In this document: positions 1 to 13,886 of the stretch, one piece after another
Position numbering within the stretch: position 1 is the stretch's first letter
How the letters are laid out: the number at the start of each line of letters is the position of its first letter
DNA from: a virus
Taxonomy: Duplodnaviria > Heunggongvirae > Uroviricota > Caudoviricetes
Direction: 5' to 3' (one strand)
DNA: 31,970 nt
Virus record (IMG/VR): IMGVR_UViG_2537562192_000019
The notes under the pieces: model-generated
Told to the model about the DNA's origin: nothing
Databases searched by the model: none
The model's input: only the letters and a program-made list of their open reading frames with translations
Position numbers and translations under genes: made by a program

Positions 1-152
1 TTATATATGACTTTCTTTCAAAATAATTACCCACATTTTTAATGTGTATGTTTTTTTAGCGCCGTTGAGAACAACGTGTGCTGTCAAAACTACCCCGTAG
101 ACTCCGATCTTTTCAAACATATTGCACCATCCGTGTACATCGGGGTGAGGAT

Positions 153-368
153 ATGAAATCAATGGATAAGTTAACAACAGGTGTTGCCTATGGCACATCG
201 GCGGGTAATGCTGGTTTCTGGGCATTGCAGTTACTCGATAAAGTAACTCCGTCACAGTGGGCTGCAATCGGTGTGCTGGGTAGCCTGGTTTTTGGCCTGC
301 TGACGTATCTGACAAATCTTTATTTCAAGATTAAAGAAGACAGGCGTAAGGCTGCGAGAGGAGAATAA
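153..368 (+). CDS. essQ: Class II holin (pinholin), phage 21 S21 / EssQ-like, 71 aa
   Basis: ORF 78..368 trimmed to the ATG at 153, which follows a GGGGTGAGG Shine-Dalgarno. The product begins MKSMDK (dual-start motif typical of S21-type holin/antiholin) and has two hydrophobic segments and a charged C-terminus [13 protein letters not shown]. Sits immediately upstream of a SAR endolysin. Confidence 0.85.
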   Translation: MKSMDKLTTGVAYGTSAGNAGFWALQLLDKVTPSQWAAIGVLGSLVFGLLTYLTNLYFKIKEDRRKAARGE

Positions 369-372
369 TCCA

Positions 373-679
373 ATGACTCAAGACTATGAACTGGTTGTGA
401 AAGGAGTCCGTAATTTTGAGAATAAAGTTACGGTAACTGTAGCCTTACAGGACAAAGAACGCTTTGACGGTGAAATTTTTGGCCTGGATGTCGCCATGGA
501 CCGTGTTGAAGGAGCTACGCTGGAGTTTTATGAGGCAGCAGCCAGAATGAGCGTCCGGCAAGTCTTCCTGGAAGTAGCAGAAAAATTGTCAGAAAAGTTG
601 AGTCTTATCTGCAGCATCAGTACTCCTTTAAGATTGAAAATCCTGCCAATAAGCACGAGCGTCCTCATCATAAATATCT

Positions 680-683
<4 letters not shown>
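373..683 (+). pseudogene. ydfR: YdfR-like small protein (DUF1327-type), reading frame broken by a 1-nt change in an A-run
   Basis: ORF 373..762 reads MTQDYELVVKGVRNFENK... and runs on into the lysozyme gene. Entering the alternate frame at 597 gives 28 more codons (VESYLQHQYSFKIENPANKHERPHHKYL) ending at TGA 681..683, which overlaps the lysozyme ATG at 680 as ATGA; that restores a 103-aa product matching my memory of K-12 YdfR. The shift maps to the AAAA run at 593..596. Confidence 0.55.
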
Positions 684-1707
<1,024 letters not shown>

Positions 1708-1957
1708 GGTAATATTAAATCGGAACATTTACATCGCGGAATGTAAAATTTAAATAAAAAGGACTCTTCCATGAGCCAAAATTCCTGAAATCTTAAGGGT
1801 AAGATAAAAGGTCTTAATCAGAATGACACGTTTTATTAATAAATAAAGCTATTCTTTCATTGCTGTGTTTTTCTTTACAAAAGTAATCCTTGCTATGGGT
1901 GGTTAATCATGCGTTAATGGTGTTCTGGTTTGTTACAAATTTATCTGAAGCAGTCAT

Positions 1958-1966
1958 TGTTATAAT
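1958..1966 (+). promoter_or_regulatory. Candidate extended -10 promoter (TGtTATAAT) for the cold-shock gene, implying a ~100-nt 5' UTR
   Basis: TGTTATAAT at 1958..1966 in an AT-rich region about 105 nt upstream of the csp ATG; csp-family genes characteristically have long 5' UTRs. No good -35 was found, which is acceptable for extended -10 promoters. Confidence 0.4.
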
Positions 1967-2069
1967 TTTATTATTTGTACCTCTTGAGATTTCCTTGTTG
2001 GTTTTTCTCTCTGATATTTTTTTTCGGACCATTCTGCCCAAGGGCTAATTTCTTCAAAAGGTAATAATT

Positions 2070-2282
2070 ATGTCTAACAAAATGACTGGTTTAGTAAAAT
2101 GGTTTAACCCTGAAAAAGGTTTTGGTTTCATCACGCCGAAAGATGGCAGCAAAGATGTGTTTGTCCATTTCTCAGCAATTCAGAGCAACGATTTCAAAAC
2201 ATTAACTGAGAATCAGGAAGTTGAATTTGGTATTGAGAACGGACCTAAAGGTCCTGCCGCTGTTCATGTAGTGGCGCTTTGA
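2070..2282 (+). CDS. cspI: Cold-shock protein, CspA family (CspI/CspB-like), 70 aa
   Basis: [41 protein letters not shown]... carries the RNP1-like KGFGFI and RNP2-like VFVHF motifs of cold-shock domain proteins; GGTAA Shine-Dalgarno upstream. Confidence 0.92.
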   Translation: MSNKMTGLVKWFNPEKGFGFITPKDGSKDVFVHFSAIQSNDFKTLTENQEVEFGIENGPKGPAAVHVVAL

Positions 2283-2488
2283 GGTAGACAATATTACAAA
2301 CCATATTCACTTTAGATGCCCGTGTTGTCATGGTTCCCAGTATAGAACATCATCTTTTGATGTTTCTGACATGAATCCTTTCGGGGCAAAATGTATCTTT
2401 TGTAAATCAATGATGATTACATTTGATAATATTTCACAATACTTAAATGCTAGCCGTCTGTCGTTGGATTTAAAAAAGTGAAAATGAA

Positions 2489-2508
2489 GGCTCCTTCGGG
2501 AGCTTTTT
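2489..2508 (+). terminator. Rho-independent terminator (GGCUCC-UUCG-GGAGC stem-loop followed by U5)
   Basis: GCTCC / TTCG loop / GGAGC followed by TTTTT at 2504..2508, immediately after a TGA at 2478..2480. Confidence 0.6.
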
Positions 2509-2553
2509 GGCTTGGTGTCTATTCGATGGATACTCACATACTACGGTAACATC

Positions 2554-2784
2554 ATGAAAAAAATCATAGTTTTTTTTAACTCTGAACCAGCAGTGGTAGT
2601 GCCAGCGATGACTGGAGTTAACACCATCATGCGTGAATATCCAAATGGCGAAAAAACACACCTTACTGTAATGGCCGCAGGGTTTCCATCTCTGACCGGA
2701 GATCATAAAGTCATTTATGTAGCCGCGGATCGACATGTTACTTCAGAAGAAATTCTGGAAGCAGCAATAAGGCTCTTGAGTTGA
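2554..2784 (+). CDS. Hypothetical small protein (76 aa), prophage moron region
   Basis: ORF 2512..2784 trimmed to the ATG at 2554 (MKKIIVFFNSEPAVVVPAMTG...). No recognisable motif; weak Shine-Dalgarno. Coding status uncertain. Confidence 0.35.
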   Translation: MKKIIVFFNSEPAVVVPAMTGVNTIMREYPNGEKTHLTVMAAGFPSLTGDHKVIYVAADRHVTSEEILEAAIRLLS

Positions 2785-2955
2785 TTTGATGCTATTGCAT
2801 TGATAATTCAGGAAAATTCTCTTTGTCTGTTTGTGTAAAATTTAGACTATCGTATGTTGATTATTGCGATGTTTCATCTTATCTTTTACACGTTTGCACC
2901 ATATAATCGACTTACTGTGTAACTGGAAAGTCATAACAGACTAAAAGAGGAAATG

Positions 2956-3129
2956 ATGAATATTGAAAACTTAAAAACAAAAGCAGAAGCAGATATTTCT
3001 GAATATATAACAAAAAAAATTATTGAACTTAAGAAAAAGACCGGGAAAGAAGTTACCAGTATTCAGTTTACCGCACGGGAAAAAATGACGGGTCTTGAAA
3101 GCTATGATGTCAAGATTAATTTAATCTGA
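2956..3129 (+). CDS. gnsB: GnsA/GnsB-family small protein (57 aa)
   Basis: Short ORF below the 60-aa cutoff of the supplied track: MNIENLKTKAEADISEYITKKIIELKKKTGKEVTSIQFTAREKMTGLESYDVKINLI. AAAGAGG Shine-Dalgarno 6 nt upstream of tandem ATGs at 2953 and 2956; followed by a terminator. Confidence 0.75.
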   Translation: MNIENLKTKAEADISEYITKKIIELKKKTGKEVTSIQFTAREKMTGLESYDVKINLI

Positions 3130-3158
3130 TGTATTCAATAATAAAATTTATCCATAAA

Positions 3159-3178
3159 CCTCGTTTTTACGGGGTTTT
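3159..3178 (+). terminator. Rho-independent terminator after the gnsB-like gene
   Basis: CCTCG / TTTTTA loop / CGGGG stem (one G-U pair) followed by TTTT at 3175..3178. Confidence 0.5.
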
Positions 3179-3280
3179 GTTATATTTGAATGGTTCCGAA
3201 TATCTAAATCACAATTGTTGATGGTTTTTATTAAACCAATGCAGTCCGGCTCAGGAGTGAGAGAAGCCGGACGTTATGGT

Positions 3281-3706
3281 TTAGCGTGGTAAGATCTGTG
3301 TAGTTTTCTGGATGCTTTCAGTAAATAGTAATGAATTATCAAAGGTATAGTAATATCTTTTTTGTTCGTGGATATTTGTAACCCACCGAAAAACTCCTGC
3401 TTTAGCAAGGTTTCTTCTGTATTCCTGAAATGTGATCTCTCTGGATTTCAGCTTATTAGAGGTCGTTTCTATAAGATGCCTATCCTTTGAAAATTTGACA
3501 GACACAATGTTTTTTAGGCCCTTTAATAACACTGTATTATCATTTTTTAATACAATATGAACATTCTCTGTGGCTAAATAGTAAATGTAATGTGAGACAT
3601 TGTGACGTTTTAGCTCAGAATAAAACCATTGATAGTTTAAATCGTTTCGAACTTTATCAAATATTTGTTTAAAAATGACTACCTGATCCATAGATAAACC
3701 TTCCAT
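3281..3706 (-). CDS. ydfO: DUF1398-family protein (YdfO-like), 141 aa
   Basis: Minus-strand ORF, AT-rich codon usage unlike the flanking phage structural genes (moron-like). Lies downstream of, and is probably co-transcribed with, the RHH-like gene at 3749..3982. Family assignment is from memory of K-12 Qin gene order. Confidence 0.65.
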
Positions 3707-3748
3707 GTGATATGAGGGGGCGTAGTCTGCACGATTATCTAAATTGCT

Positions 3749-3982
3749 TCAATCTGGTCTGACCTGTTTTCTGAGCAATTCAGTAATGTCACTCTTTTCT
3801 TTGTTTGCTTCAGAAGAAACTCTTTTTTCTGAGCACAGTCTCCGGCGGCAGGCTTCAATGACCCAGGCTGAGAAATTCCCGGACCCTTTTTGCTCAAGAG
3901 CGATGTTAATTTGTTCAATCATTTGGTTAGGAAAGCGGATGTTGCGGGTTGTTGTTCTGCGGGTTCTGTTCTTCGTTGACAT
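3749..3982 (-). CDS. Small basic protein with predicted ribbon-helix-helix-like DNA-binding region (77 aa); possibly YnfO/YlcI-like
   Basis: Minus-strand ORF MSTKNRTRRTTTRNIRFPNQMIEQINIALEQKGSGNFSAWVIEACRRRL... has a basic N-terminus, then a short beta-strand-like segment (IRFPNQM) followed by two helices, consistent with the RHH/Arc-MetJ pattern. Located just upstream of cos. Confidence 0.55.
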   Translation of the reverse strand: MSTKNRTRRTTTRNIRFPNQMIEQINIALEQKGSGNFSAWVIEACRRRLCSEKRVSSEANKEKSDITELLRKQVRPD

Positions 3983-4181
3983 GAGGTTGCCCCGTATTCA
4001 GTGTCGCTGATTTGTATTGTCTGAAGTTGTTTTTACGTTAAGTTGATGCGGATCAATTAATACGATATCTGCGTCATAATTGATTGTTTGACGTGGTTTG
4101 ATGGCGTAGATGCACGTTGTGACATGCAGATGATAATTATTATCATTTTGCGGGTCCTTTCCGGCGATCCGACAGGTTACG

Positions 4182-4193
4182 GGGCGGCGACCT
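4182..4193. other. cos: cosN cohesive-end site (GGGCGGCGACCT) of lambda-type DNA packaging; cosB lies between it and nu1
   Basis: Sequence ...CCGACAGGTTACG|GGGCGGCGACCTCGCGGGTTTTCGCTATTTATGAAAATTTTCCGGTTTAAGG... matches the joined right and left ends of phage lambda as I recall them; 177 nt upstream of the nu1 start. Confidence 0.9.
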
Positions 4194-4370
4194 CGCGGGT
4201 TTTCGCTATTTATGAAAATTTTCCGGTTTAAGGCGTTTCCGTTCTTCTTCGTTGTAACTTAATGTTTTTATTTAAAATACCCCCTGAAAAGAAAGGAAAC
4301 GACAGGTGCTGAAAACGAGCTTTTGGGCCTCTGTCGTTTCCTTTCTCTGTTTTTGGCCGTGGAATGAACA

Positions 4371-4890
4371 ATGGAAGTCAACAAAAAGCAGCTGGCTGAC
4401 ATTTTCGGTGCGAGTATCCGTACCATTCAGAACTGGCAGGAACAGGGAATGCCCGTTCTGCGAGGCGGTGGCAAGGGTAATGAGGTGCTTTATGACTCTG
4501 CCGCCGTTATAAGATGGTATGCCGAAAGGGATGCTGAAATTGAGAACGAAAAGCTGCGCCGGGAAGTTGAAGAACTGCGGCAGGCCAGCGAGACAGATCT
4601 CCAGCCAGGGACTATTGAGTACGAACGCCATCGACTTACGCGTGCGCAGGCCGACGCACAGGAACTGAAGAATGCCAGAGACTCCGCTGAAGTGGTGGAA
4701 ACCGCATTCTGTACTTTCGTGCTGTCGCGGATCGCAGGTGAAATTGCCAGTATTCTCGACGGGATCCCCCTGTCGGTGCAGCGGCGTTTTCCGGAACTGG
4801 AAAACCGACATGTTGATTTCCTGAAACGGGATATCATCAAAGCCATGAACAAAGCAGCCGCGCTGGATGAACTGATACCGGGGTTGCTGA

Positions 4891-4916
<26 letters not shown>
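4371..4916 (+). CDS. nu1: Terminase small subunit gpNu1 (181 aa)
   Basis: MEVNKKQLADIFGASIRTIQNWQEQGMPVLRGGGKGNEVLYD... essentially the lambda Nu1 sequence, with its N-terminal winged-HTH region; downstream of cos. Confidence 0.95.
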
Positions 4917-8596
<3,680 letters not shown>

Positions 8597-8616
<20 letters not shown>

Positions 8617-9916
8617 TCTCCCGCATATTGCCAGCATGGCCTTTAATGAGCCGCTGATGCTTGAACCCGCCTATGCGCGGGTTTTCTTTTGTGCGCTTGC
8701 AGGCCAGCTTGGGATCAGCCGCCTGACGGATGCGGTGTCCGGCGACAGCCTGACTGCCCAGGAGGCACCCGCGACGCTGGCATTATCCGGTGATGATGAC
8801 GGACCACGACAGGCCCGCAGTTATCAGGTCATGAACGGCATCGCCGTGCTGCCGGTGTCCGGCACGCTGGTCAGCCGGACGCGGGCGCTGCAGCCGTACT
8901 CGGGGATGACCGGTTACAACGGCATTATCGCCCGTCTGCAACAGGCTGCCAGCGACCCGATGGTGGACGGCATTCTGCTCGATATGGACACACCGGGCGG
9001 AATGGTGGCGGGAGCATTTGACTGCGCTGACATCATCGCCCGTGTGCGTGACATAAAGCCGGTATGGGCGCTGGCCAATGACATGAACTGCAGCGCAGGT
9101 CAGCTGCTTGCCAGTGCCGCCTCCCGGCGTCTGGTCACGCAGACCGCCCGGACAGGCTCCATCGGCGTCATGATGGCTCACAGTAATTACGGCGCTGCGC
9201 TGGAGAAACAGGGCGTGGAAATCACGCTGATTTACAGCGGCAGCCATAAGGTGGATGGCAACCCCTACAGCCATCTACCGGATGATGTCCGGGAAACACT
9301 GCAGTCCCGGATGGATGCAACCCGCCGGATGTTTGCACAGAAGGTGTCGGCATATACCGGCCTGTCTGTGCAGGCTGTGCTGGATACCGAGGCTGCAGTG
9401 TACAGCGGTCAGGAGGCCATTGATGCCGGACTGGCTGATGAACTTGTTAACAGTACCGATGCGATCACCGTCATGCGTGATGCACTGGATGCACGTAAAT
9501 CCCGTCTCTCAGGAGGGCGAATGACCAAAGAGACTCAATCAACAACTGTTTCAGCCACTGCTTCGCAGGCTGACGTTACTGGCGTGGTGCAAGTGACGGA
9601 GGGCGAGAACGCCAGCGCGGCGCAGCCGGACGTAAACGCGCAGATCACCGCAGCGGTTGCGGCAGAAAACAGTCGCATTATGGGGATCCTCAACTGTGAG
9701 GAGGCTCACGGACGTGAAGAACAGGCACGCGTGCTGGCCGAAACCCCCGGTATGACCGTGGAAACGGCCCGCCGCATTCTGGCAGCTGCACCACAGAGTG
9801 CACAGGCGCGCAGTGACACTGCGCTGGATCGTCTGATGCAGGGGGCACCGGCACCGCTGGCTGCAGGTAACCCGGCATCTGATGCCGTTAACGATTTGCT
9901 GAACACACCAGTGTAA
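8597..9916 (+). CDS. C: Capsid assembly protease / scaffold gpC (439 aa), GTG start
   Basis: ORF 8462..9916 trimmed to GTG at 8597 (VTAELRNLPHIASMAFNEPL...), preceded by GAGGAGGAG; S49/ClpP-like peptidase domain; overlaps the end of B. Confidence 0.9.
9521..9916 (+). CDS. nu3: Scaffolding protein gpNu3 (131 aa), nested in-frame in the 3' end of C
   Basis: Internal in-frame ATG at 9521 preceded by AGGAGGG; product MTKETQSTTVSATASQADVT... corresponds to lambda Nu3. Confidence 0.8.
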   Translation: MTKETQSTTVSATASQADVTGVVQVTEGENASAAQPDVNAQITAAVAAENSRIMGILNCEEAHGREEQARVLAETPGMTVETARRILAAAPQSAQARSDTALDRLMQGAPAPLAAGNPASDAVNDLLNTPV

Positions 9917-9925
9917 GGGATGTTT

Positions 9926-10258
9926 ATGACGAGCAAAGAAACCTTTACCCATTACCAGCCGCTGGGCAACAGTGACCCGGCACATACGGCAACCGCGCCC
10001 GGCGGATTGAGTGCGAAAGCGCCTGCAATGACCCCGCTGATGCTGGATACCTCCACCCGTAAGCTGGTTGCGTGGGATGGCACCACCGACGGTGCTGCCG
10101 TTGGCATTCTGGCGGTTGATGCTGACCAGACCAGCACCACGCTGACGTACTACAAGTCCGGCACGTTCCGTTATGAGGATGTGCTCTGGCCGGAGGCTGC
10201 CAGCGACGAGACGAAAAAACGGACCGCGTTTGCCGGAACGGCAATCAGCATCGTTTAA
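9926..10258 (+). CDS. D: Capsid decoration protein gpD (110 aa)
   Basis: [64 protein letters not shown]... matches lambda gpD; start at the second ATG (9926) with AGGGA Shine-Dalgarno. Confidence 0.95.
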   Translation: MTSKETFTHYQPLGNSDPAHTATAPGGLSAKAPAMTPLMLDTSTRKLVAWDGTTDGAAVGILAVDADQTSTTLTYYKSGTFRYEDVLWPEAASDETKKRTAFAGTAISIV

Positions 10259-10279
10259 CCTTACCCTTCATCACTAAAG

Positions 10280-10300
10280 GCCGCCTGTGCGGCTTTTTTT
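10280..10300 (+). terminator. Terminator-like stem-loop in the D-E intergenic region (GCCGC-CUGU-GCGGC + U7)
   Basis: GCCGC / CTGT / GCGGC followed by TTTTTTT at 10294..10300, flanked upstream by AAA. Lies inside the late operon, so it would be read through under Q antitermination. Confidence 0.5.
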
Positions 10301-10313
10301 ACGGGATTTTTTT

Positions 10314-11339
10314 ATGTCGATGTACACAACCGCCCAGCTGCTGGCGGCAAATGAGAAGAAATTTAAGTTTGATCCGCTGTTTCTGCGTCTCTTTTTCCGT
10401 GAGAGCTATCCCTTCACCACGGAGAAAGTCTATCTCTCACAAATTCCGGGACTGGTAAACATGGCGCTGTACGTTTCGCCGATTGTTTCCGGTGAGGTTA
10501 TCCGCTCCCGTGGCGGCTCCACCTCTGAATTTACACCGGGATATGTCAAACCCAAGCATGAGGTGAATCCGCAGATGACCCTGCGTCGCCTGCCGGATGA
10601 AGATCCACAGAATCTGGCGGACCCGGCTTACCGCCGCCGTCGCATCATCCTGCAGAACATGCGAGACGAAGAGCTGGCCATTGCTCAGGTCGAAGAGATG
10701 CAGGCAGTTTCTGCCGTGCTTAAGGGCAAATACACCATGACCGGTGAAGCCTTCGATCCGGTTGAAGTGGATATGGGCCGCAGTGTGGCGAACAACATCA
10801 CGCAGTCCGGCGGTACGGAGTGGAGCAAGCGTGACAAGTCCACGTATGACCCGACCGACGATATCGAAGCCTACGCGCTGAACGCCAGCGGTGTGGTGAA
10901 TATCATCGTGTTTGATCCGAAAGGCTGGGCGCTGTTCCGTTCCTTCAAAGCCGTCAAGGAGAAGCTGGATACCCGTCGCGGCTCTAATTCCGAGCTGGAG
11001 ACAGCGGTAAAAGACCTGGGCGAAGCGGTGTCCTATAAGGGGATGTATGGCGATACGGCGATCGTCGTGTATTCCGGACAGTATGTGGAAAACGACGTCA
11101 AAAAGAACTTCCTTCCGGACAACACGATGGTGCTGGGGAACACTCAGGCACGCGGTCTGCGCACCTATGGCTGCATTCAGGATGCGGACGCACAGCGCGA
11201 AGGTATTAACGCCTCTGCCCGCTACCCGAAAAACTGGGTGACCACCGGCGATCCGGCGCGTGAGTTCACCATGATTCAGTCAGCACCGCTGATGCTGCTG
11301 GCTGACCCTGATGCGTTCGTGTCCGTACAACTGGCGTAA
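10314..11339 (+). CDS. E: Major capsid protein gpE (341 aa)
   Basis: ORF 10287..11339 trimmed to ATG 10314 (MSMYTTAQLLAANEKKFKFDPLFLRLFFRESYPFTTEK...), matching lambda gpE (HK97 fold). Confidence 0.96.
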   Translation: MSMYTTAQLLAANEKKFKFDPLFLRLFFRESYPFTTEKVYLSQIPGLVNMALYVSPIVSGEVIRSRGGSTSEFTPGYVKPKHEVNPQMTLRRLPDEDPQNLADPAYRRRRIILQNMRDEELAIAQVEEMQAVSAVLKGKYTMTGEAFDPVEVDMGRSVANNITQSGGTEWSKRDKSTYDPTDDIEAYALNASGVVNIIVFDPKGWALFRSFKAVKEKLDTRRGSNSELETAVKDLGEAVSYKGMYGDTAIVVYSGQYVENDVKKNFLPDNTMVLGNTQARGLRTYGCIQDADAQREGINASARYPKNWVTTGDPAREFTMIQSAPLMLLADPDAFVSVQLA

Positions 11340-11341
11340 TC

Positions 11342-11366
11342 ATGGCCCTTCGGGGCCATTTTCTCT
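11342..11366 (+). terminator. Stem-loop with UUCG tetraloop downstream of E (partial terminator or mRNA-stabilising hairpin)
   Basis: ATGGCCC / TTCG / GGGCCAT followed by TTTCTCTCT, 3 nt after the E stop codon. Confidence 0.4.
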
Positions 11367-11380
11367 CTGTGGAGGAGTCC

Positions 11381-11776
11381 ATGACGAAAGATGAACTGAT
11401 TGCCCGTCTTCAGGTGCTGGGTGAGCAACTGAACCGTGATGTCAGCCTGACGGGGACGAAAGAAGAACTGGCACTCCGTGTGGCAGAGCTGGAAGAGGAG
11501 CTTGATGACACGGATGACGCTGCCGGTCAGGACACATCTGTCAGCCCGGAAAATGCGCTGACCGGGCATGAAAATGAGGTGGTATCAGCGCAGCCGGATA
11601 CCGTGATTGATACGGCTGCTCTGGTCACGGTCGTGGCACTGGTGACGCTGCATACTGATGCACTTCACGCCACGCGGGATGAGCCTGTGGCATTTGTGCT
11701 GCCGGGAACGGCGTTTCGTGTCTCTGCCGGTGTGGCAGCCGAAATGACAGAACATGGCCTGGCCAGAATGCAATAA
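11381..11776 (+). CDS. FI: DNA packaging accessory protein gpFI (131 aa)
   Basis: ORF 11342..11776 trimmed to ATG 11381 after GGAGGAG; MTKDELIARLQVLGEQLNRDVSLTGTKEELALRVAELEEELDD... matches lambda FI with a few substitutions. Confidence 0.9.
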   Translation: MTKDELIARLQVLGEQLNRDVSLTGTKEELALRVAELEEELDDTDDAAGQDTSVSPENALTGHENEVVSAQPDTVIDTAALVTVVALVTLHTDALHATRDEPVAFVLPGTAFRVSAGVAAEMTEHGLARMQ

Positions 11777-11787
11777 CGGGAGGCGCT

Positions 11788-12141
11788 GTGGCTGATTCCG
11801 ATAACCTGTTCGATGCTGCCATTGCCCGCGCCGATGAAACGATACGCGGGTACATGGGAACGTCAGCCACCATGACATCCGGTGAGCTGTCCGGTGCTGT
11901 GATACGTGGTGTTTTTGATGACCCTGAAAATATCAGCTATGCCGGACAGGGGGTGCGCGTTGAAGGCTCCAGCCCGTCCCTGTTTGTCCGGACTGATGAT
12001 GTGCGGCAGCTGCGGCGTGGAGACACACTGACCATCGGCGAGGAAAACTTCTGGGTGGACCGGGTTTCGCCGGATGATGGCGGAAGCTGTCATCTCTGGC
12101 TTGGGCGGGGCGTACCGCCTGCCGTTAACCGTCGCCGCTGA
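11788..12141 (+). CDS. FII: Head-tail joining protein gpFII (117 aa), GTG start
   Basis: MADSDNLFDAAIARADETIRGYMGTSATMTSGELSGAVIRGVFDDPENISYAGQGVRVEG... matches lambda FII. Confidence 0.93.
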   Translation: MADSDNLFDAAIARADETIRGYMGTSATMTSGELSGAVIRGVFDDPENISYAGQGVRVEGSSPSLFVRTDDVRQLRRGDTLTIGEENFWVDRVSPDDGGSCHLWLGRGVPPAVNRRR

Positions 12142-12152
12142 AAGGGGGATGT

Positions 12153-12731
12153 ATGGCCATAAAAGGTCTTGAGCAGGCCGTTGAAAACCTCAGCCGTATC
12201 AGCAGAACGGCGGTGCCCGGTGCCGCCGCAATGGCCATTAACCGCGTTGCTTCATCCGCGATATCGCAGTCGGCGTCACAGGTTGCCCGTGAGACAAAGG
12301 TACGCCGGAAACTGGTAAAGGAAAGGGCCAGGCTGAAAAGGGCCACGGTCAAAAATCCGCAGGCCAGAATCAAGGTTAACCGGGGGGATTTGCCCGTAAT
12401 AAAGCTGGGTAACGCGCGGATTGTCCTGTCCCGACGCAGGCGTCGTAAAAAGGGGCAGCGTTCAGCCCTGAAAGGTGGCGGCAGCGTGCTTGTGGTGGGA
12501 AACCGTCGTATTCCCGGCGCGTTTATTCAGCAACTGAAAAATGGCCGGTGGCATGTCATGCAGCGTGTGGCCGGGAAAAACCGTTACCCCATTGATGTGG
12601 TGAAAATCCCGATGGCGGTGCCGCTGACCACGGCGTTTAAACAAAATATTGAGCGGATACGGCGTGAACGTCTTCCGAAAGAGCTGGGCTATGCGCTGCA
12701 GCATCAACTGAGGATGGTAATAAAGCGATGA
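12153..12731 (+). CDS. Z: Tail completion protein gpZ (192 aa)
   Basis: ORF in lambda position with lambda Z-like sequence; ATGA overlap with U. Confidence 0.92.
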   Translation: MAIKGLEQAVENLSRISRTAVPGAAAMAINRVASSAISQSASQVARETKVRRKLVKERARLKRATVKNPQARIKVNRGDLPVIKLGNARIVLSRRRRRKKGQRSALKGGGSVLVVGNRRIPGAFIQQLKNGRWHVMQRVAGKNRYPIDVVKIPMAVPLTTAFKQNIERIRRERLPKELGYALQHQLRMVIKR

Positions 12732-13123
12732 AACATACTGAACTCCGTGCAGCCGTACTGGATGCACTGGAGAAGCATGACACCGGGGCGACGTTTTTTG
12801 ATGGTCGCCCCGCTGTTTTTGATGAGGCGGATTTTCCGGCAGTTGCCGTTTATCTCACCGGCGCTGAATACACGGGCGAAGAGCTGGACAGCGATACCTG
12901 GCAGGCGGAGCTGCATATCGAAGTTTTCCTGCCTGCTCAGGTGCCGGATTCAGAGCTGGATGCGTGGATGGAGTCCCGGATTTATCCGGTGATGAGCGAT
13001 ATCCCGGCACTGTCAGATTTGATCACCAGTATGGTGGCCAGCGGCTATGACTACCGGCGCGACGATGATGCGGGCCTGTGGAGTTCAGCCGATCTGACTT
13101 ATGTCATTACCTATGAAATGTGA
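12728..13123 (+). CDS. U: Tail terminator protein gpU (131 aa)
   Basis: [63 protein letters not shown]... matches lambda gpU. Confidence 0.95.
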   Translation: MKHTELRAAVLDALEKHDTGATFFDGRPAVFDEADFPAVAVYLTGAEYTGEELDSDTWQAELHIEVFLPAQVPDSELDAWMESRIYPVMSDIPALSDLITSMVASGYDYRRDDDAGLWSSADLTYVITYEM

Positions 13124-13130
13124 GGACGCT

Positions 13131-13871
13131 ATGCCTGTACCAAATCCTACAATGCCGGTGAAAGGTGCCGGGACCACCCTGTGGGTTTATAAGGGGAGCG
13201 GTGACCCTTATGCGAATCCGCTTTCAGACGTTGACTGGTCGCGTCTGGCAAAAGTTAAAGACCTGACGCCCGGCGAACTGACCGCTGAGTCCTATGACGA
13301 CAGCTATCTCGATGATGAAGATGCAGACTGGACTGCGACCGGGCAGGGGCAGAAATCTGCCGGAGATACCAGCTTCACGCTGGCGTGGATGCCCGGAGAG
13401 CAGGGGCAGCAGGCGCTGCTGGCGTGGTTTAATGAAGGCGATACCCGTGCCTATAAAATCCGCTTCCCGAACGGCACGGTCGATGTGTTCCGTGGCTGGG
13501 TCAGCAGTATCGGTAAGGCGGTGACGGCGAAGGAAGTGATCACCCGCACGGTGAAAGTCACCAATGTGGGACGTCCGTCGATGGCAGAAGATCGCAGCAC
13601 GGTAACAGCGGCAACCGGCATGACCGTGACGCCTGCCAGCACCTCGGTGGTGAAAGGGCAGAGCACCACGCTGACCGTGGCCTTCCAGCCGGAGGGCGTA
13701 ACCGACAAGAGCTTTCGTGCGGTGTCTGCGGATAAAACAAAAGCCACCGTGTCGGTCAGTGGTATGACCATCACCGTGAAAGGCGTTGCTGCAGGTAAGG
13801 TCAACATTCCGGTTGTATCCGGTAATGGTGAACTTGCTGCGGTTGCAGAAATCACTGTCACCGACAGTTAA
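13131..13871 (+). CDS. V: Major tail tube protein gpV (246 aa) with C-terminal Ig-like domain
   Basis: ORF 13101..13871 trimmed to ATG 13131 ([43 protein letters not shown]...), matching lambda gpV. Confidence 0.95.
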   Translation: MPVPNPTMPVKGAGTTLWVYKGSGDPYANPLSDVDWSRLAKVKDLTPGELTAESYDDSYLDDEDADWTATGQGQKSAGDTSFTLAWMPGEQGQQALLAWFNEGDTRAYKIRFPNGTVDVFRGWVSSIGKAVTAKEVITRTVKVTNVGRPSMAEDRSTVTAATGMTVTPASTSVVKGQSTTLTVAFQPEGVTDKSFRAVSADKTKATVSVSGMTITVKGVAAGKVNIPVVSGNGELAAVAEITVTDS

Positions 13872-13886
13872 TCCGGAGAGTCAGCG

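Noticed and set aside
1-315. 104-aa minus-strand ORF overlapping the holin gene
   Set aside because: Antisense to the pinholin and its upstream region; the holin is strongly supported by sequence and context.
2328-2537. 69-aa minus-strand ORF between cspI and the hypothetical gene
   Set aside because: It contains the plus-strand terminator hairpin (2489..2508) inside its coding region and is antisense to the zinc-ribbon-like frame; no ribosome-binding site. It cannot be fully excluded.
3243-3272. Hairpin TCCGGC...GCCGGA just downstream of the ydfO-like gene as its terminator
   Set aside because: The loop is 14 nt and there is no U-run after it on the minus strand; too weak to call.
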